Positions 24,320 to 36,151 of a stretch of DNA of 64,000 bases are shown here, in pieces. The position numbers and the translations under genes are program-made. Source of the DNA: Octopus vulgaris (Eukaryota); assembly GCA_951406725.2 (NCBI GenBank), contig OX597826.1:75268001-75332000 (forward strand). The letters are read 5' to 3'. Under the pieces are notes generated by a model. That model saw nothing but the letters and a program-made list of their open reading frames with translations, made no database searches and was not told the origin of the DNA. Numbering within the stretch: position 1 is the stretch's first letter; the number at the start of each line of letters is the position of its first letter.

Positions 24320-25023
24320 ATAGCTTCACTGAGGAAATGACGAAAGACTGGGAAACGTGGGATTTGCTGTTCTTGATAAGACATATCAAGCTAAGTAAAA
24401 CCACTGTCTTCCATATATACAGGTTTGTCCTTTCAGGTGTTGTTGCCACTTAAAAAGCACCTGTGCAGGTATTGTGTTGATGCACCTGTGCAGGTGCCAC
24501 TTAAAAAGCACATGTGCAGGTGTTGTGTTGATGCATCTGTGCTGGTGCCACTTAAAAACACCTGTGCAGGTGTTGTGTTGACGCAACTGTGCTGGTGACA
24601 CATAAAAAGCACCCAGCACACTCTACTAAGCAATTGGTGTTAGGAAGGGCATCCAGCCATACCATCTCCATGTCAAACTGTCCAACTCATACCAGCATGG
24701 AAAGCGGATGTTAAACAATGATGATGAAACTGATTTTTAAGAGACTCCCAAGAAGAATCACCTCTGTAATTGTTTGTATAAAACATACACACAGGTCGTT
24801 GCCAGTGCCGCCTGACTGGCTCCCTGTGCTGGTGGCATGTAAAAAGTACCTGCTACACTTTCGGAGTGGTTGGCATTAGGAAGGGCATTCACCTGTAGAA
24901 ACATTGCCAAATCAGAATGGAGCCTGGTGTGGCCTTCTGGCTTGCCAGTCTCCATTCAAACTGTCCAACCCATGCCAGCATGAAAAACGGGCGTTAAACG
25001 ATGTTGATGATGATGATGATGAT
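24320..25023 (+). mobile_element. RTE LINE 3' end with ~50-bp internal tandem repeats, followed by a second (GAT)n-tailed copy
   Basis: FTEEMTKDWETW resembles LTEAMTKD..LW of the RTE at ~26200; units gccacttaaaaagcacctgtgcaggtgttgtgttgatgca; tails at ~24726 and ~25023. Confidence 0.7.
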
Positions 25024-25051
25024 ACATATTGCTGTCTTATCAAAGGTAGGT

Positions 25052-25283
25052 GTGGAGACATGAACCTTAGTGATCAGAGTGTTGAACTGATAATCGTAAG
25101 GTTGTGGTTTCAATTCCTGGACCGGGTGATGCATTGTGCCCTTGAGCAAAACACTTCATTTCATGTTGCTTCAGCTCACTCCACTGGCAAAAATGAGTTA
25201 CCCTGTGATGGATTAGCGTCCCATCCTGGTGGGGAATATATACACCATGGGAACCAGGAAACTGACCTTTATGAGTCTATGCG
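25052..25283 (+). mobile_element. tRNA-like-head SINE, family D
   Basis: Head cttagtgatcagagtg...ggtttcaattcc; a reverse partial copy lies at 38074-38200. Confidence 0.65.
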
Positions 25284-25630
25284 ACCCGGGAAGGAACTTT
25301 ATCAAAGGTAGGACCAAGTTTAAAATAGGAAATAATATAATAGAACCATTAATGCTTCCTAATGAAGTTATTGTTTCATATATAGATAAGTTGAAAGAAA
25401 CCTGTTCTATATGTGTGTGTATTTGTATCTGTGTATGTTCTCTACCGCTGTTTGACAACTGGTGTTGGTTTGGTTACATCCCCATAACTTAGCAGTTCAG
25501 CAAAAGAGGTTGATAGAATAAGTACTAGGTTTAAAAGAAAAATAGTCCTGGGGTCAATTCATTCTTTCACCTAAAAATCAGCATGCCTGCAGTCTAATGA
25601 CTGAAACAGGTAAAAGATATATACATATAT

Positions 25631-25677
<47 letters not shown>

Positions 25678-25679
<2 letters not shown>

Positions 25680-26548
25680 CATCATCATCACCGTTTAATG
25701 TCTGTTTTCCATGTATTGGTGTTAGGAAGGGTATCCAGCCATATCAGCTGGATTGGACGGTTCAACCGGGGTCTGGGAAGCCAGGAGGCTGCACCAGGCT
25801 CCAGTCTGATCTGGTGGTGTTTCTACAGCTGGATGCCCTTCCTAATGCCAACCACTCCGTGAGTGTAGTAGGTGCTTTTTATGTGCACAGGGGCCAGCGG
25901 AGGTTGGCAACGTCCACGATTGGCTGGTGCTTTTTACGTTCAACTGGCACAGATGCCAGTCAAGGCGGCGCTGGCATCGGCTATGTTTGGACGGTATTTT
26001 TTATGTGCCACTGACACGGGTATCACAACTACAATTTCCATTTGATTTTTATTTTGATGTTGATGTACTTGACTCAATAGGTCTCCTCGAGCACAGCGGG
26101 TCGCCCTACGATCCAAGGTAAGCATGGCAGGCCGTCCTGCGAGCCATGAACTTACGTTATTTGTCAGGTCTTCGCTGTCACAGCATATCTCCAGAGGTCT
26201 CAGTCTTTCGTCATTGCCTCTGTGAGGCTCAAAGTATGAAGGTCATGCTTGACCACCTCGTCCTATGTCTTCCTGGGTCTACCTCTACTCCGGATTCCTT
26301 CAACAGTTTGGGAGTGGCACTTCTTCACACATCCCTCCTCATCCATCTGTAGTACATGACCATACCAATGCAAACGTCTCTCCTGTGCGCTGCATCCGAT
26401 GCTTTTTATGTCCAACATTTCTCTCAAGGCGCTTACACTCTGTCGTGCATGGACGCTGACATTACACATCCAGCAGATCATGCTAGCTTCATTTCTTTCA
26501 AGCCTATGCATGTCCTCTGTAGTCACAGCCCATGTTTCACTGCCGTTT
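25678..26548 (-). mobile_element. RTE (BovB-like) LINE, 5'-truncated, with 3' UTR and (GAT)n tail
   Basis: RLERNEASM..WMC...QERRL.WYGHV..M...RSRGRPRKT C-terminus; catcatcatc tail at 25678-25690. Confidence 0.85.
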
Positions 26549-27611
26549 AGTTAAGACACCATTTTCAGAAAACAATTTTGCTCAGATATCACAGTAATAC
26601 AGAATGTTGCCTGTATGAATAGGCCTTTAGAGTGCTGGTGTCACGTAAAAAGCACCCAGTCTGTTCTGTAAGGTGGTTAGTGTTAGAAAGAGCATCCACC
26701 CATGAAAACTCTGCCAAAATAGACAGTGAAGCCTGGTGCAGGTTTCTGCCTAGTCAGACCTTGTCAAAGCGTCCAACCCATGTTAAAACAGATGTTAAAT
26801 GATGATGGTGATGTTTAGTAAATTCACTTTTTTGAGGCAATGATTTATAATAGATATCATAGTCGCAAGGATGGCTGTGTGATAAAAAGTTTACTTCTCA
26901 CCGACATGGTTCTGGGTTCAGTCCTACTATGTGACATCTTAGGCAAGTATCTTCTTCTGTAACCTTGGACAGACCAAAGCTTTGTGAATGGATTTGATAG
27001 AAGGAAACTGAAAGAAACCTGTTGTGTCTGAGTGTGCATGTGTTTGAGTCTTCATGTGATAGTTGTAAACGAGCGTCACCATCATACAAGCAGGGTCATT
27101 CATATCCAATAGTCTGCAAGAGAACATGTCTCTAACCATGAGGAAATAACACCTAGCTTGGAAACAGATAAGGGTTGGTGAGAGGAAGGGCATTTGCCTC
27201 AAATAAACCCCGTGCAACCCATGCAAGCATGTAAAGAGGACTTTAAATGATGGTTAGGATTATAATGATGTGGATATCTCCATATGGATATGTTTGCGAT
27301 TGGTCAAGACACCTCTTTCAGATTTTTTTCTCAGATATTACCCATAGGATTCAGTTTTGTATGTGTGTGTGTGTATGTGTGTATTTATACATGATAGAAT
27401 ATAGTTTTAAATTTCAGGCTGAACGGTATGATGTGAGGGAAATTAGGCTGCTATTTCTAGCAAGTTGTGCTACTTCATAGTGGAACCATTGCTGCAACGT
27501 AATTGTTTAGCCCCAGAAACGACACGATCAAACAGACTTATGATTTCCTTTTGATGTCGTGGCTAAGCTGCATTGGTTGCTTTCAGTCAATACACGACAC
27601 CAGTTCTATAG

Positions 27612-27798
27612 CCAAGCTGTTACCGAAGTGACTACGAAACTGCGGTTAACAATAAATCTCTAAACATGTCCAAATATTCCTTTTCTTTGTGTTGTTGCTT
27701 CTCTTCTCTCCTGGGTCCACCGTTACCAATTCCAATTCAAAGGATCGAACTTCAGTGTTGTTAATCGAATTTATCGACGATAAACGAAAGCAAAAGAA
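27612..27798 (+). promoter_or_regulatory. Putative promoter + non-coding exon 1 of ZNF paralogue 4 (donor GTGAGT at 27799)
   Basis: More diverged homologue of the same block (gctgttaccgaagtgactacgaaactgcggttaacaat ... aagaa|gtgagt). Confidence 0.55.
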
Positions 27799-28240
27799 GT
27801 GAGTATTCTCGAGGCAAAGTTTTGAAATATCTCACTGGGGGGAGAAAAAGCATTTATAAACTGGGGCGGTTTTTCTTTTAATAGTATCGTTGTATTTCAT
27901 ACAAAAGAAATTACGATTCTATGGAATTCTATCCGAAAATTCCAGTTTTTCTTAATTCTGCTCCTCTTCTTCTTGTGTCCGTTTCCCTCCCCATGGCATC
28001 TATTCAGAAACTATTTAGTTTTCAGTATTTCATTTTCTTTTTTTTTAAATATATTCCCTCCTACATCAATCACTACATTTCTTGCCCGTCCATAGCAACA
28101 CGAAGTTCAGCGAATAGAAATGTCTATTTACTCCTTTTACACATTTGGAGCCTGGTCATTTTCCCGACGGGTAGGGGGATCTGGTCTTGTCTTCTTTTCT
28201 ACTTACCAATACTTCACACGATGGAGTTCTGGGCGGAGGT

Positions 28241-28339
28241 AAAGAATACGTACACCACCCGTTTTCGACGTAACAAAAACCCTAACTATAACCCTAAACC
28301 CCAAACCTTAACCCTACCCACCGGGTGTACGTAACTCTT
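28241..28339. repeat. Short element with inverted ends and degenerate AACCCT-like repeats
   Basis: tacgtacacc ... ggtgtacgta enclosing aaccctaa/aacccc units. Confidence 0.5.
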
Positions 28340-28687
28340 ATTTTTTGAATTTTCGGAATACCTTTGCGAATTTGTGTTCTATGCACTAGACATCGTACGA
28401 TTATGCAAAAAAAAAAAAAAAATTATAACCCCTCCCCCCACCAAACCATAAAACGTCTCTTTTTTCCAATTTAAAAAAGGAAAAAAATTCAGTTTTAGTC
28501 CGAATCTGCCATTTGTCTTTAACTAGTTCCTTTGATTTAAGGGAGATTTAGCTGTTGTTTCTAGCACACCCCACAACCGTCTGGTACCTTCCTCGTTTAT
28601 TTGTCACGTTGACGTTTTATTGTTCTTCGATTTTTTTTCTTGCTGTAAACACATTTAATGGAATGATGATGTGGAAGTAACACACGA

Positions 28688-29005
28688 GACTTATTCTTTT
28701 ATGTAGCCCAGTACTTATTCTATCGGTCTGTTTTGCCGAACCGCTAGGTAACTGGGACATAAACACACCAGCATCGGTTGTCAAGTAATGCTAGGGGGAC
28801 AAACACAGACACACAAACACACACACGCATATATATACATATATACGACAGGCTTCTTTCAGTTTCCGTCTACCAAATCCACTCACAAGGCTTTGGTTGC
28901 CCGAAGGCTATAGTAGAAGACACTTGCCCAAGGTGCCACGCAGTGGACTGAACCTGGGAACCATGTGGTTGGTAAACAAGCTACTTACCACACAGCCACT
29001 CCTGC
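28688..29005 (-). mobile_element. Family-A SINE
   Basis: Reverse-complement match to 29373-29788. Confidence 0.85.
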
Positions 29006-29372
29006 TATTAAAATAAATTATATTTTACATAATTTTATAAAATCATTGTCCCAGCGATGACCTTTTCAAACTTTCCAATACTGGTGTGATCAATATGGGT
29101 TAAGTCTAATCTGAGCATCTGGAAGGATCCATTGGGTGGGGGTGAAAAAAGTTTTAACCAAAAATTTTTGTTTTTTCATAATCATACAAGATAGATTTTG
29201 CAAAATACAAATTTGCAAAATAAAAACTTTCTGAAAATATCAAAAACTAGAGAAGTAATGATTGGTTTATGTGGTTTGTTTCAATCCAGAATCGATAATA
29301 CGTTATTTGCATGCGAAAATTGTTTTAATTTTTTGAATTTGGATTTTAAATTATTTTGAAATTATAAACTAT

Positions 29373-29788
29373 AGGCACAGGAGTGGCTGTGTGGTAAGTA
29401 GCTTGCTAACCAACCACATGGTTCTGGGTTCAGTCCCACTGCATGGCATCTTGGGCAAGTGTCTTCTGCTATTGCCCCAGGCTGACCAATGCCTTGTGAG
29501 TGGATTTGGTAGACAGAAACTGAAAGAAGCCTGTCGTATATATGTATATATATGTATATGTATGTATGTGTATGTGTTTGTGTGTCTGTGTTTGTCCCCT
29601 TAGCATTGCTTGACAACCGATGCTGGTGTGTTTACGTCCCCGTCACTTAGCGGTTCGGCAAAAGAGACCGATAGAATAAGTACTGGGCTTACAAAGAATA
29701 AGTCCTGGGGTCGATTTGCTTGACTAAAGGTGGTGCTCCAGCATGGCCGCAGTCAAATGACTGAAACATGTAAAAGAGTAAAGAGAGT
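29373..29788 (+). mobile_element. Family-A SINE, full length
   Basis: Near identical to 45991-46402 and 61657-62078; (gtaaaaga)n tail. Confidence 0.9.
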
Positions 29789-31359
29789 ATTATTTCAAAT
29801 AATTATTTGAAATTATAGGTAGTGGGGCTCCGAAATGGGTTTCAGGGAGTAGTTTCCCTGCCTTCCTGAGCTAGTTTTCCACCACATTTCTTAAAAATCG
29901 TGGTAGGGTCCTTGGTCTCGGGACAACTCATGCCTAGAAACTGAGGATGGGGGTAAGCAAGGGTATGCTCCCTGTAGAAAATCCAGCTCTAAAAAAGCCT
30001 CGTGATATCAAAGGAGAATGGGCACCAGCCAGACTGAAGGTTGGGGTGGGATGCACCTGCCTACCCCAATTGCTATGGCATTGAAGTAGAGCTGGCCACC
30101 CCTATTAATGGGGACAAAACCCAGATTTAAAATACCAGATTATGATGAAACAAACAAATGGCAGATTCGGGTTGTCTATAATTTAATACTGTGATTAAAA
30201 AAATAAATTTCGAAAAATGTGGAAATTTTAGGATTTATAGGGTGAGAGTGGGAAAATAAAAGATTTAATTAAAAAAAAATAGATTTTTTTTTTTTTACAT
30301 ACTGGTACAAGGTCCAGTGTGTAGAAGACAAATCTGCAAGCATTTTCTGAAAATTCCTAAGAAGCCTAAAAGCTATGAGGAGTTATATGGTGTTCTTTGA
30401 AAGGGGTAGGGTTTTATTTTTTTTCCTTACTTACTAATATTTTACTCTTTACTACATCCTGGAGCACCACTTTGAAAGATTTAGTTGAACAAATTGACCC
30501 CAGAACTTATTTTATTAAGTCTGGTACATATTCTGTGGGTGTCCTTTGCCATACTGCTAAGTTATGGGATGTGAACAAACCAACAATGACTGTCAAGCAG
30601 TAGTGGGTGGGGGGAAACAGAAACATCCCCCGTCTCCCCACACACACTGTCGGCTTCTTCTCAGTTGGCGTCTGCCAAATCCACTCAAGGTTTCGGTTGG
30701 TCTTGGGCTGTAGCAGAAAACACTTTCCCAAGGTGCCACACAGTGGAACTGAACCAAGAATCTTGTAGTTAGGAAGTAAACATCTTACCACACAGCCATG
30801 CCTACACTTTAGTAGAGGAATTCAGATGTTCAAGTAAAAAGAAATTAAATTTCTGCTCTAGAATCTTTACACTTAAAATAAATGTCCTCTCCATCTTATT
30901 CTCTTTTTCTTACTGTTTCAGGATACTTGCTGACGTTGACATTAAAATATTATATTCACATCAGAAGAATCTGCGGCATTTATCATCTTTTCAAGGCAAA
31001 GGAATATGTTATACAGAAGAAATATAACCATGCTTATATAAATTTGGTGAATTGTGGTGAAAGGTTTCTTCTGGGTAAAAATATTAGCAACATTTGTGTA
31101 ATTCACTGTCTGGAATAAGTACAAAATAATTTTAGATTCTAAATAGACTCTAGTTAAATTGAATTGATACAGGACTTTGCTGCATTTTCAGATGTTGGTA
31201 AAGATCATGGTTGATAGAAATACAACAGAAGGAATATTTGTTACAAATACATTATAAAAAAAAAAAGGAAAATGAGAAGCGTGTCCATATATTCTGGTAA
31301 GAGAAGTAAAACTTTGGTTAAATGAATTAAAAGATTGGTTTTTCTTTCATTCTGAAGAG

Positions 31360-32541
31360 ATGGCAAAAGATTTTGGAAAGTCTTCATATGAATGTGATAT
31401 CTGTGAAAAGTCATTCACGACAAAGAGTTACCTATCTGTTCACAAACGTCTTCATACAGGAGAAAAACCATATCTCTGTGAAACTTGTGGTAAAACGTTC
31501 TCTCGGAATGATAAGTTGAATATTCACAAATGCATTAAGAGAAGAGAGAAGCAATATAATTTTTCTTTTACTAAAGAGATGACAAAAATGTTAGAAAACT
31601 CATCCTATGAATGCTGCATCTGTAAAAAGTCATTCACTACAAAAGGCCATCTTACTACTCACGTACGTATTCATACAGGAGAGAAACCATATCACTGTGA
31701 TATCTGTGGTAAAGCGTTCTCTCGAACTGATGAGTTAACTACTCACAAGCGTGTTCATACAGGGGAGAAACCATATGAATGTGATATCTGTGGTCAATCA
31801 TTCACTCGTAAAGATATTCTAACCACACACAGACGTATTCACACAGGAGAGAAACCATATCAGTGTGATATGTGCAGTAAATCATTCGCTAAAAGTACCA
31901 ACTTGACCGATCACAAACGCATTCATACTGGAGAAAAACCATATCACTGTGATTTCTGTGGCAGATCATTTAATCAAAATAACCAATTAATTAAACACAA
32001 ACGCATTCATACTGGGGAAAAGCCCTATCACTGTGATATCTGTGGTGAGTCATTCTCTCGAAATGATAAGTTAAATGTTCACAAACGCTCTCATACAGGA
32101 GAGAAACCATATCAGTGTGATATCTGTGGTAAATCATTCCCTCAAAATAGCGGCTTGACTAGACACAAACGTATTCATACTGGAGAAAAGCCATTTCATT
32201 GCGATATTTGTGGTAAATCATTCCCTCGAAGTAACGCCTTAACTGCACACACACGTACTCATACTGGAGAAAAACCGTATCATTGTGATATCTGTGGTAA
32301 AGCATTTTCTCAAAGCCCTGCTGTAACTGTACACAAACGCATTCATACTGGGGAAAACCCATATCAATGTGATATCTGTGGTAAGGCATTTTCTCAAAGT
32401 CCTGCTGTAGTTGTACACAGACGTATTCATACTGGGGAGAATCCATATTATTGTGATATCTGTGACAAATCATTTCCTCAGAGAAATTCCTTGATTGATC
32501 ACAAACGTATTCATACTGAAGAAAATCTATTCCATTGTTGA
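31360..32541 (+). CDS. C2H2 zinc-finger protein, paralogue 4 (393 aa; 2-finger N-terminal module + 11 fingers)
   Basis: Intact ORF; second in-frame paralogue-type start (MTKMLENSS) at 31579; ends at a frameshift-created TGA. Confidence 0.93.
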   Translation: MAKDFGKSSYECDICEKSFTTKSYLSVHKRLHTGEKPYLCETCGKTFSRNDKLNIHKCIKRREKQYNFSFTKEMTKMLENSSYECCICKKSFTTKGHLTTHVRIHTGEKPYHCDICGKAFSRTDELTTHKRVHTGEKPYECDICGQSFTRKDILTTHRRIHTGEKPYQCDMCSKSFAKSTNLTDHKRIHTGEKPYHCDFCGRSFNQNNQLIKHKRIHTGEKPYHCDICGESFSRNDKLNVHKRSHTGEKPYQCDICGKSFPQNSGLTRHKRIHTGEKPFHCDICGKSFPRSNALTAHTRTHTGEKPYHCDICGKAFSQSPAVTVHKRIHTGENPYQCDICGKAFSQSPAVVVHRRIHTGENPYYCDICDKSFPQRNSLIDHKRIHTEENLFHC

Positions 32542-33885
32542 TATCTGTGGTAAAGCATTAATTCGAAAAGGAACATAAACATTTGCTGGAGAAAACCCAT
32601 ATTGTGATCATCATCATCATCATCATCATCGTTTAACGTCCGCTTTCCATGCTAGCATGGGTTGGACAGTTCAACTGGGGTCTGGGAAGCCAGAAGGCTG
32701 CACCATGCCCAGTCTGATCAGGCAGTGTTTCTACAGCTGGATGCCCTTCCTAATGCCAACCACTTCGTGAGTGTAGTGGGTGCTTTGTGGGAAGTAATTC
32801 TCTCAAAATCATCAGTTAAGTCAGCACAAAGGTATTGGTACATTAAAAGAAAAACCCCAAAAAGCAAAAATTATGCCACTAATATTTGTGTTAATCCATT
32901 CTCAACAACATGACTTAACCATGATGTGTATTCTTACCTGAGAGAAATCACTCATGAAACTTATGTTAACCATTTCCACTGCAAAGTGTTTTAACAATAA
33001 GTATGTATTCATACCAAAGTATTGACCCTAAATAATGGTTTCAAATTTTATCACAAGGGCAGCAATTTTGGGGGAAGGGATGAGTCAATTACATCGACCC
33101 CCAATGTTCAACTATTACTTACCTTATCAACCCCTAAAAGATGAAAGGCAAAGTCGACTTCGGCAGAATTTGAACTCAGAATGTAGCAATAAGTGAATGG
33201 CCTGCTAACAATTCTATCAAGTTGCTGCCTTAGTTGACCCTAAAATAATCAGGAATAAATGAGCCATATAATATAGTATTTTCTCATACTTTCATAAGAC
33301 ATAAATATTCCTTAAATATATAGAAATATACCTGGATGTACATACCCTATGTACACTTTTTCAGGTACATTATGTTGATTGTTTTCAAATTTTTATTGTT
33401 ATTCCGCCAAGGGACTAGTTTTGTTGTTGGTGACTTCTGTAATTTTATTTACGGTGTGGTCCCTTCTTAACTTTATGCGGAAACTTTCATGCTCATTTGT
33501 GAGTGTCATTGTGATCTCAAACTCTACTTAGATAGAAAATGTGTGGACTGCGTAATCTTTGAGTTATCATCATCAACGTTTTTATGTCGATTGTCCAATC
33601 CATGCCAATATGGAAAAACGGACATGAAATGATTACCAAGATGTAAGCGCTGGAATGTGTTGAAACCACATTTTCTCAAACATTTCATCATTTCAATTGT
33701 AAATTTCAAATTCCAGAGTTCTGACTGCACCAATCATCATCATCATCATCATCATTTAACGTCCACTTCCCATGCTGGCATGGGTTGGACAGTTTGACTG
33801 AGGACTCAGGTGAATGCTGCTTCTTATGTGCCACCGGCATGGGTGCCAGTCAGGCTTGTGAATATTCATAACAATTTGAAATCTA

Positions 33886-33891
33886 AATAAA
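33886..33891 (+). terminator. Putative poly(A) signal of ZNF paralogue 4
   Basis: AATAAA in the same conserved block (gaaatctAAATAAAgttggtttgctctt). Confidence 0.55.
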
Positions 33892-34139
33892 GTTGGTTTG
33901 CTCTTATATTCTTCTTCTCTTATTTTTTATTTGGAACATCTAACCAAGTCTTGTACTCACTTCACTTATAAATTATGCATAGAATTCACTGACTTGATCA
34001 ATGTATGATGAAAGTTACCCTCATTTTCTAATCTGATTTTCACCAACTGTTTACTTTACAGCTATTTAATTTTTTGACACTATTTGACGCAAGATAATAT
34101 TTAGAGAATGCGCGGGCTAAGACTATGCACCTTCACTAG

Positions 34140-34480
34140 TCAATTAAGGTGAGACAGTGTCATGTGACAACTTACTGGGGCTGCCTGCTGGAGCCTAGCG
34201 GCAGGTATTTAAAGGGAAAAATTTGACAAGTCAGTCAGTCACTGGCTGACACTCGCTGACGATACATCAAAGAGGCCGGGGAACAGAAGAAAGAAGAAGA
34301 CATGCACCCAACACCAGATCTGAAGACACCTCCAAAAGGAGGGGGCGCCGCGTCAAGACGGTAGAGGAGTAAGGGCCAAAACCGGACGTGGTTCCTCCTG
34401 ATGATGTGAGCTAACTGGATCCTACAAAGGAGCTGTTGCGGTAGCAGACCACGAAACACAGTTGAAATTCCCCTACACAT
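34140..34480 (+). mobile_element. Penelope-like pseudo-LTR remnant with hammerhead core
   Basis: Homologous to 62245-62605 (minus strand); CTGATGA at 34398, GAAAC at 34453, GTT at 34461. Confidence 0.55.
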
Positions 34481-34639
34481 AGTGTAGTGAAAAATACGAT
34501 GTTTTAACTCCTTATTATTTATCACGTTTAAACTAAACTCAAAAGCACCAGAACCATTTAAGATTATCATGAATTAGGATTTATTCAATCATCAACAGTC
34601 TTTTTTTGTTATCTCTCACTGTTTTATTTGTTAGCGGAC

Positions 34640-35960
34640 ATTATTTCTCCAGGCCATGAAAGTAACAAGACTTCGTGGCAATTTAAACAAGTTTCGATTG
34701 TGTTTACCAACATCAACCAATTTGCATTTCATTGTCTGGTGATTTCATATTAGCATTGATTTGCCAGAATATTTCAACAACCGTATGGAAGCACTCCGTC
34801 GGTTACGGCGACGAGGGTTCCGGTTGATCCGAATCAACGGAACAGCCTGCTCGTGAAATTAACGTGTAAGTGGCTGAGCACTCCACAGACACGTGCACCC
34901 TTAACGTAGTTCTCGGGGATATTCAGCGTGACACAGAGAGTGACAAGGCCGGCCCTTTGAAATACAGGTACGATAGAAACAGGAAGTAAGAGTGAGAGAG
35001 AGAGTTGTGGTGAAAGAGTACAGCAGGGATCACCACCATCCCCTGCCGGAGTCTCGTGGAGCTTTTTAGGTGTTTTCGCTCAATAAACACTCACAACGCC
35101 CGGTCTGGGAATCGAAACCGCGATCCTATGACCGCGAGTCCGTTGCCCTAACCACTGGGCCATTGCGCCTCCACTCAACAACCGTATACCGAAAGCGAGG
35201 AAGAATTTGATATGTTATTCTTTTATACAGAAGTAGAATGGCTTATCAAAGGCGACTCTTTGTGTCGATTTTGGAATTATTCGGTAATATACAAAAGTTT
35301 CTTCAAAGGGAGAACTTAGAATAAATGGAAATTGTTTCGGAACGTTCAAAGATTAATATTTTCTATGTGGTACGGTTTTATTTACCAGATTTTTAATTAA
35401 TTTTAACAGAAAATTTTTCTTCCAAATCTTTCATCTGCGGCTCCAGGGTAAGATCGTGACTTTTATTATGAGTAAACGTATCTTTTATTTTTTTTCATTG
35501 AGGTAAACACAATTCTGTTGTTGCCATGTCCTACATAAAAATTAGCATTATTTCCCACAACTGGTAGGTGTTACAGAGAAATTATTAGTTATTGATAATC
35601 TATCCTTTGGCAAATATTTGAAATTTGTTTCAGAGGGCTTGGAGCCAGGATGTGTGGATATCATTAACATAGATGTCCCCGACGGAATTTTAGATCCCTT
35701 CATTATTGATGTGGATAATGTGAAAGATCCAAATATTGTTCAAGACTTTAATAAATGGAGCACACAAAGTTATGAAGTGGTTTGGATAACCAAGAGCATC
35801 GCTACTGTTATGTATGCGAATTTATAGTCGAAAGTAGAATTCTTGCCGTTTCTCGTTCCACCTTCTTTCATGTGCACGTGAATATATAATGGATTAGGAA
35901 TACGTCAACAAAGACTTATTGAAGACAAGGTAGCGTCTGGGCGGATCTTCGGAAAACCCC
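34640..35960 (+). mobile_element. hAT (Buster/Charlie-like) transposase relic interrupted by a SINE
   Basis: Removing the SINE restores RIFQQPYTESEEEFDMLFFYTEVEWLIKGDSLCRF (cf. HTEVRWLSKG); later VPDGILDPF (cf. PDWILDPF). Confidence 0.7.
34786..35172 (-). mobile_element. Family-B SINE, full length with 13-bp TSD
   Basis: TSD tcaacaaccgtat at 34774-34786 and 35175-35187. Confidence 0.92.
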
Positions 35961-36151
35961 GGTATGTGTAGCTTAAATACTGAGATTGAAAGGCAGGAGT
36001 GAATTATGCCAACCCAATCTGGAAAAGAATAAAATATTTTGCATTTTATGCCAAATAAACAAAGTAACCTTCATAATTTTATAGAATTTGGGGCATATTT
36101 TGCCATAAATGGAAGATGTTGCTATCGATCTATTTTATTCAAGGTAGGCAC

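Noticed and set aside
28275-28320. Interstitial telomere
   Set aside because: Only a few degenerate AACCCT units inside a small inverted-end element.
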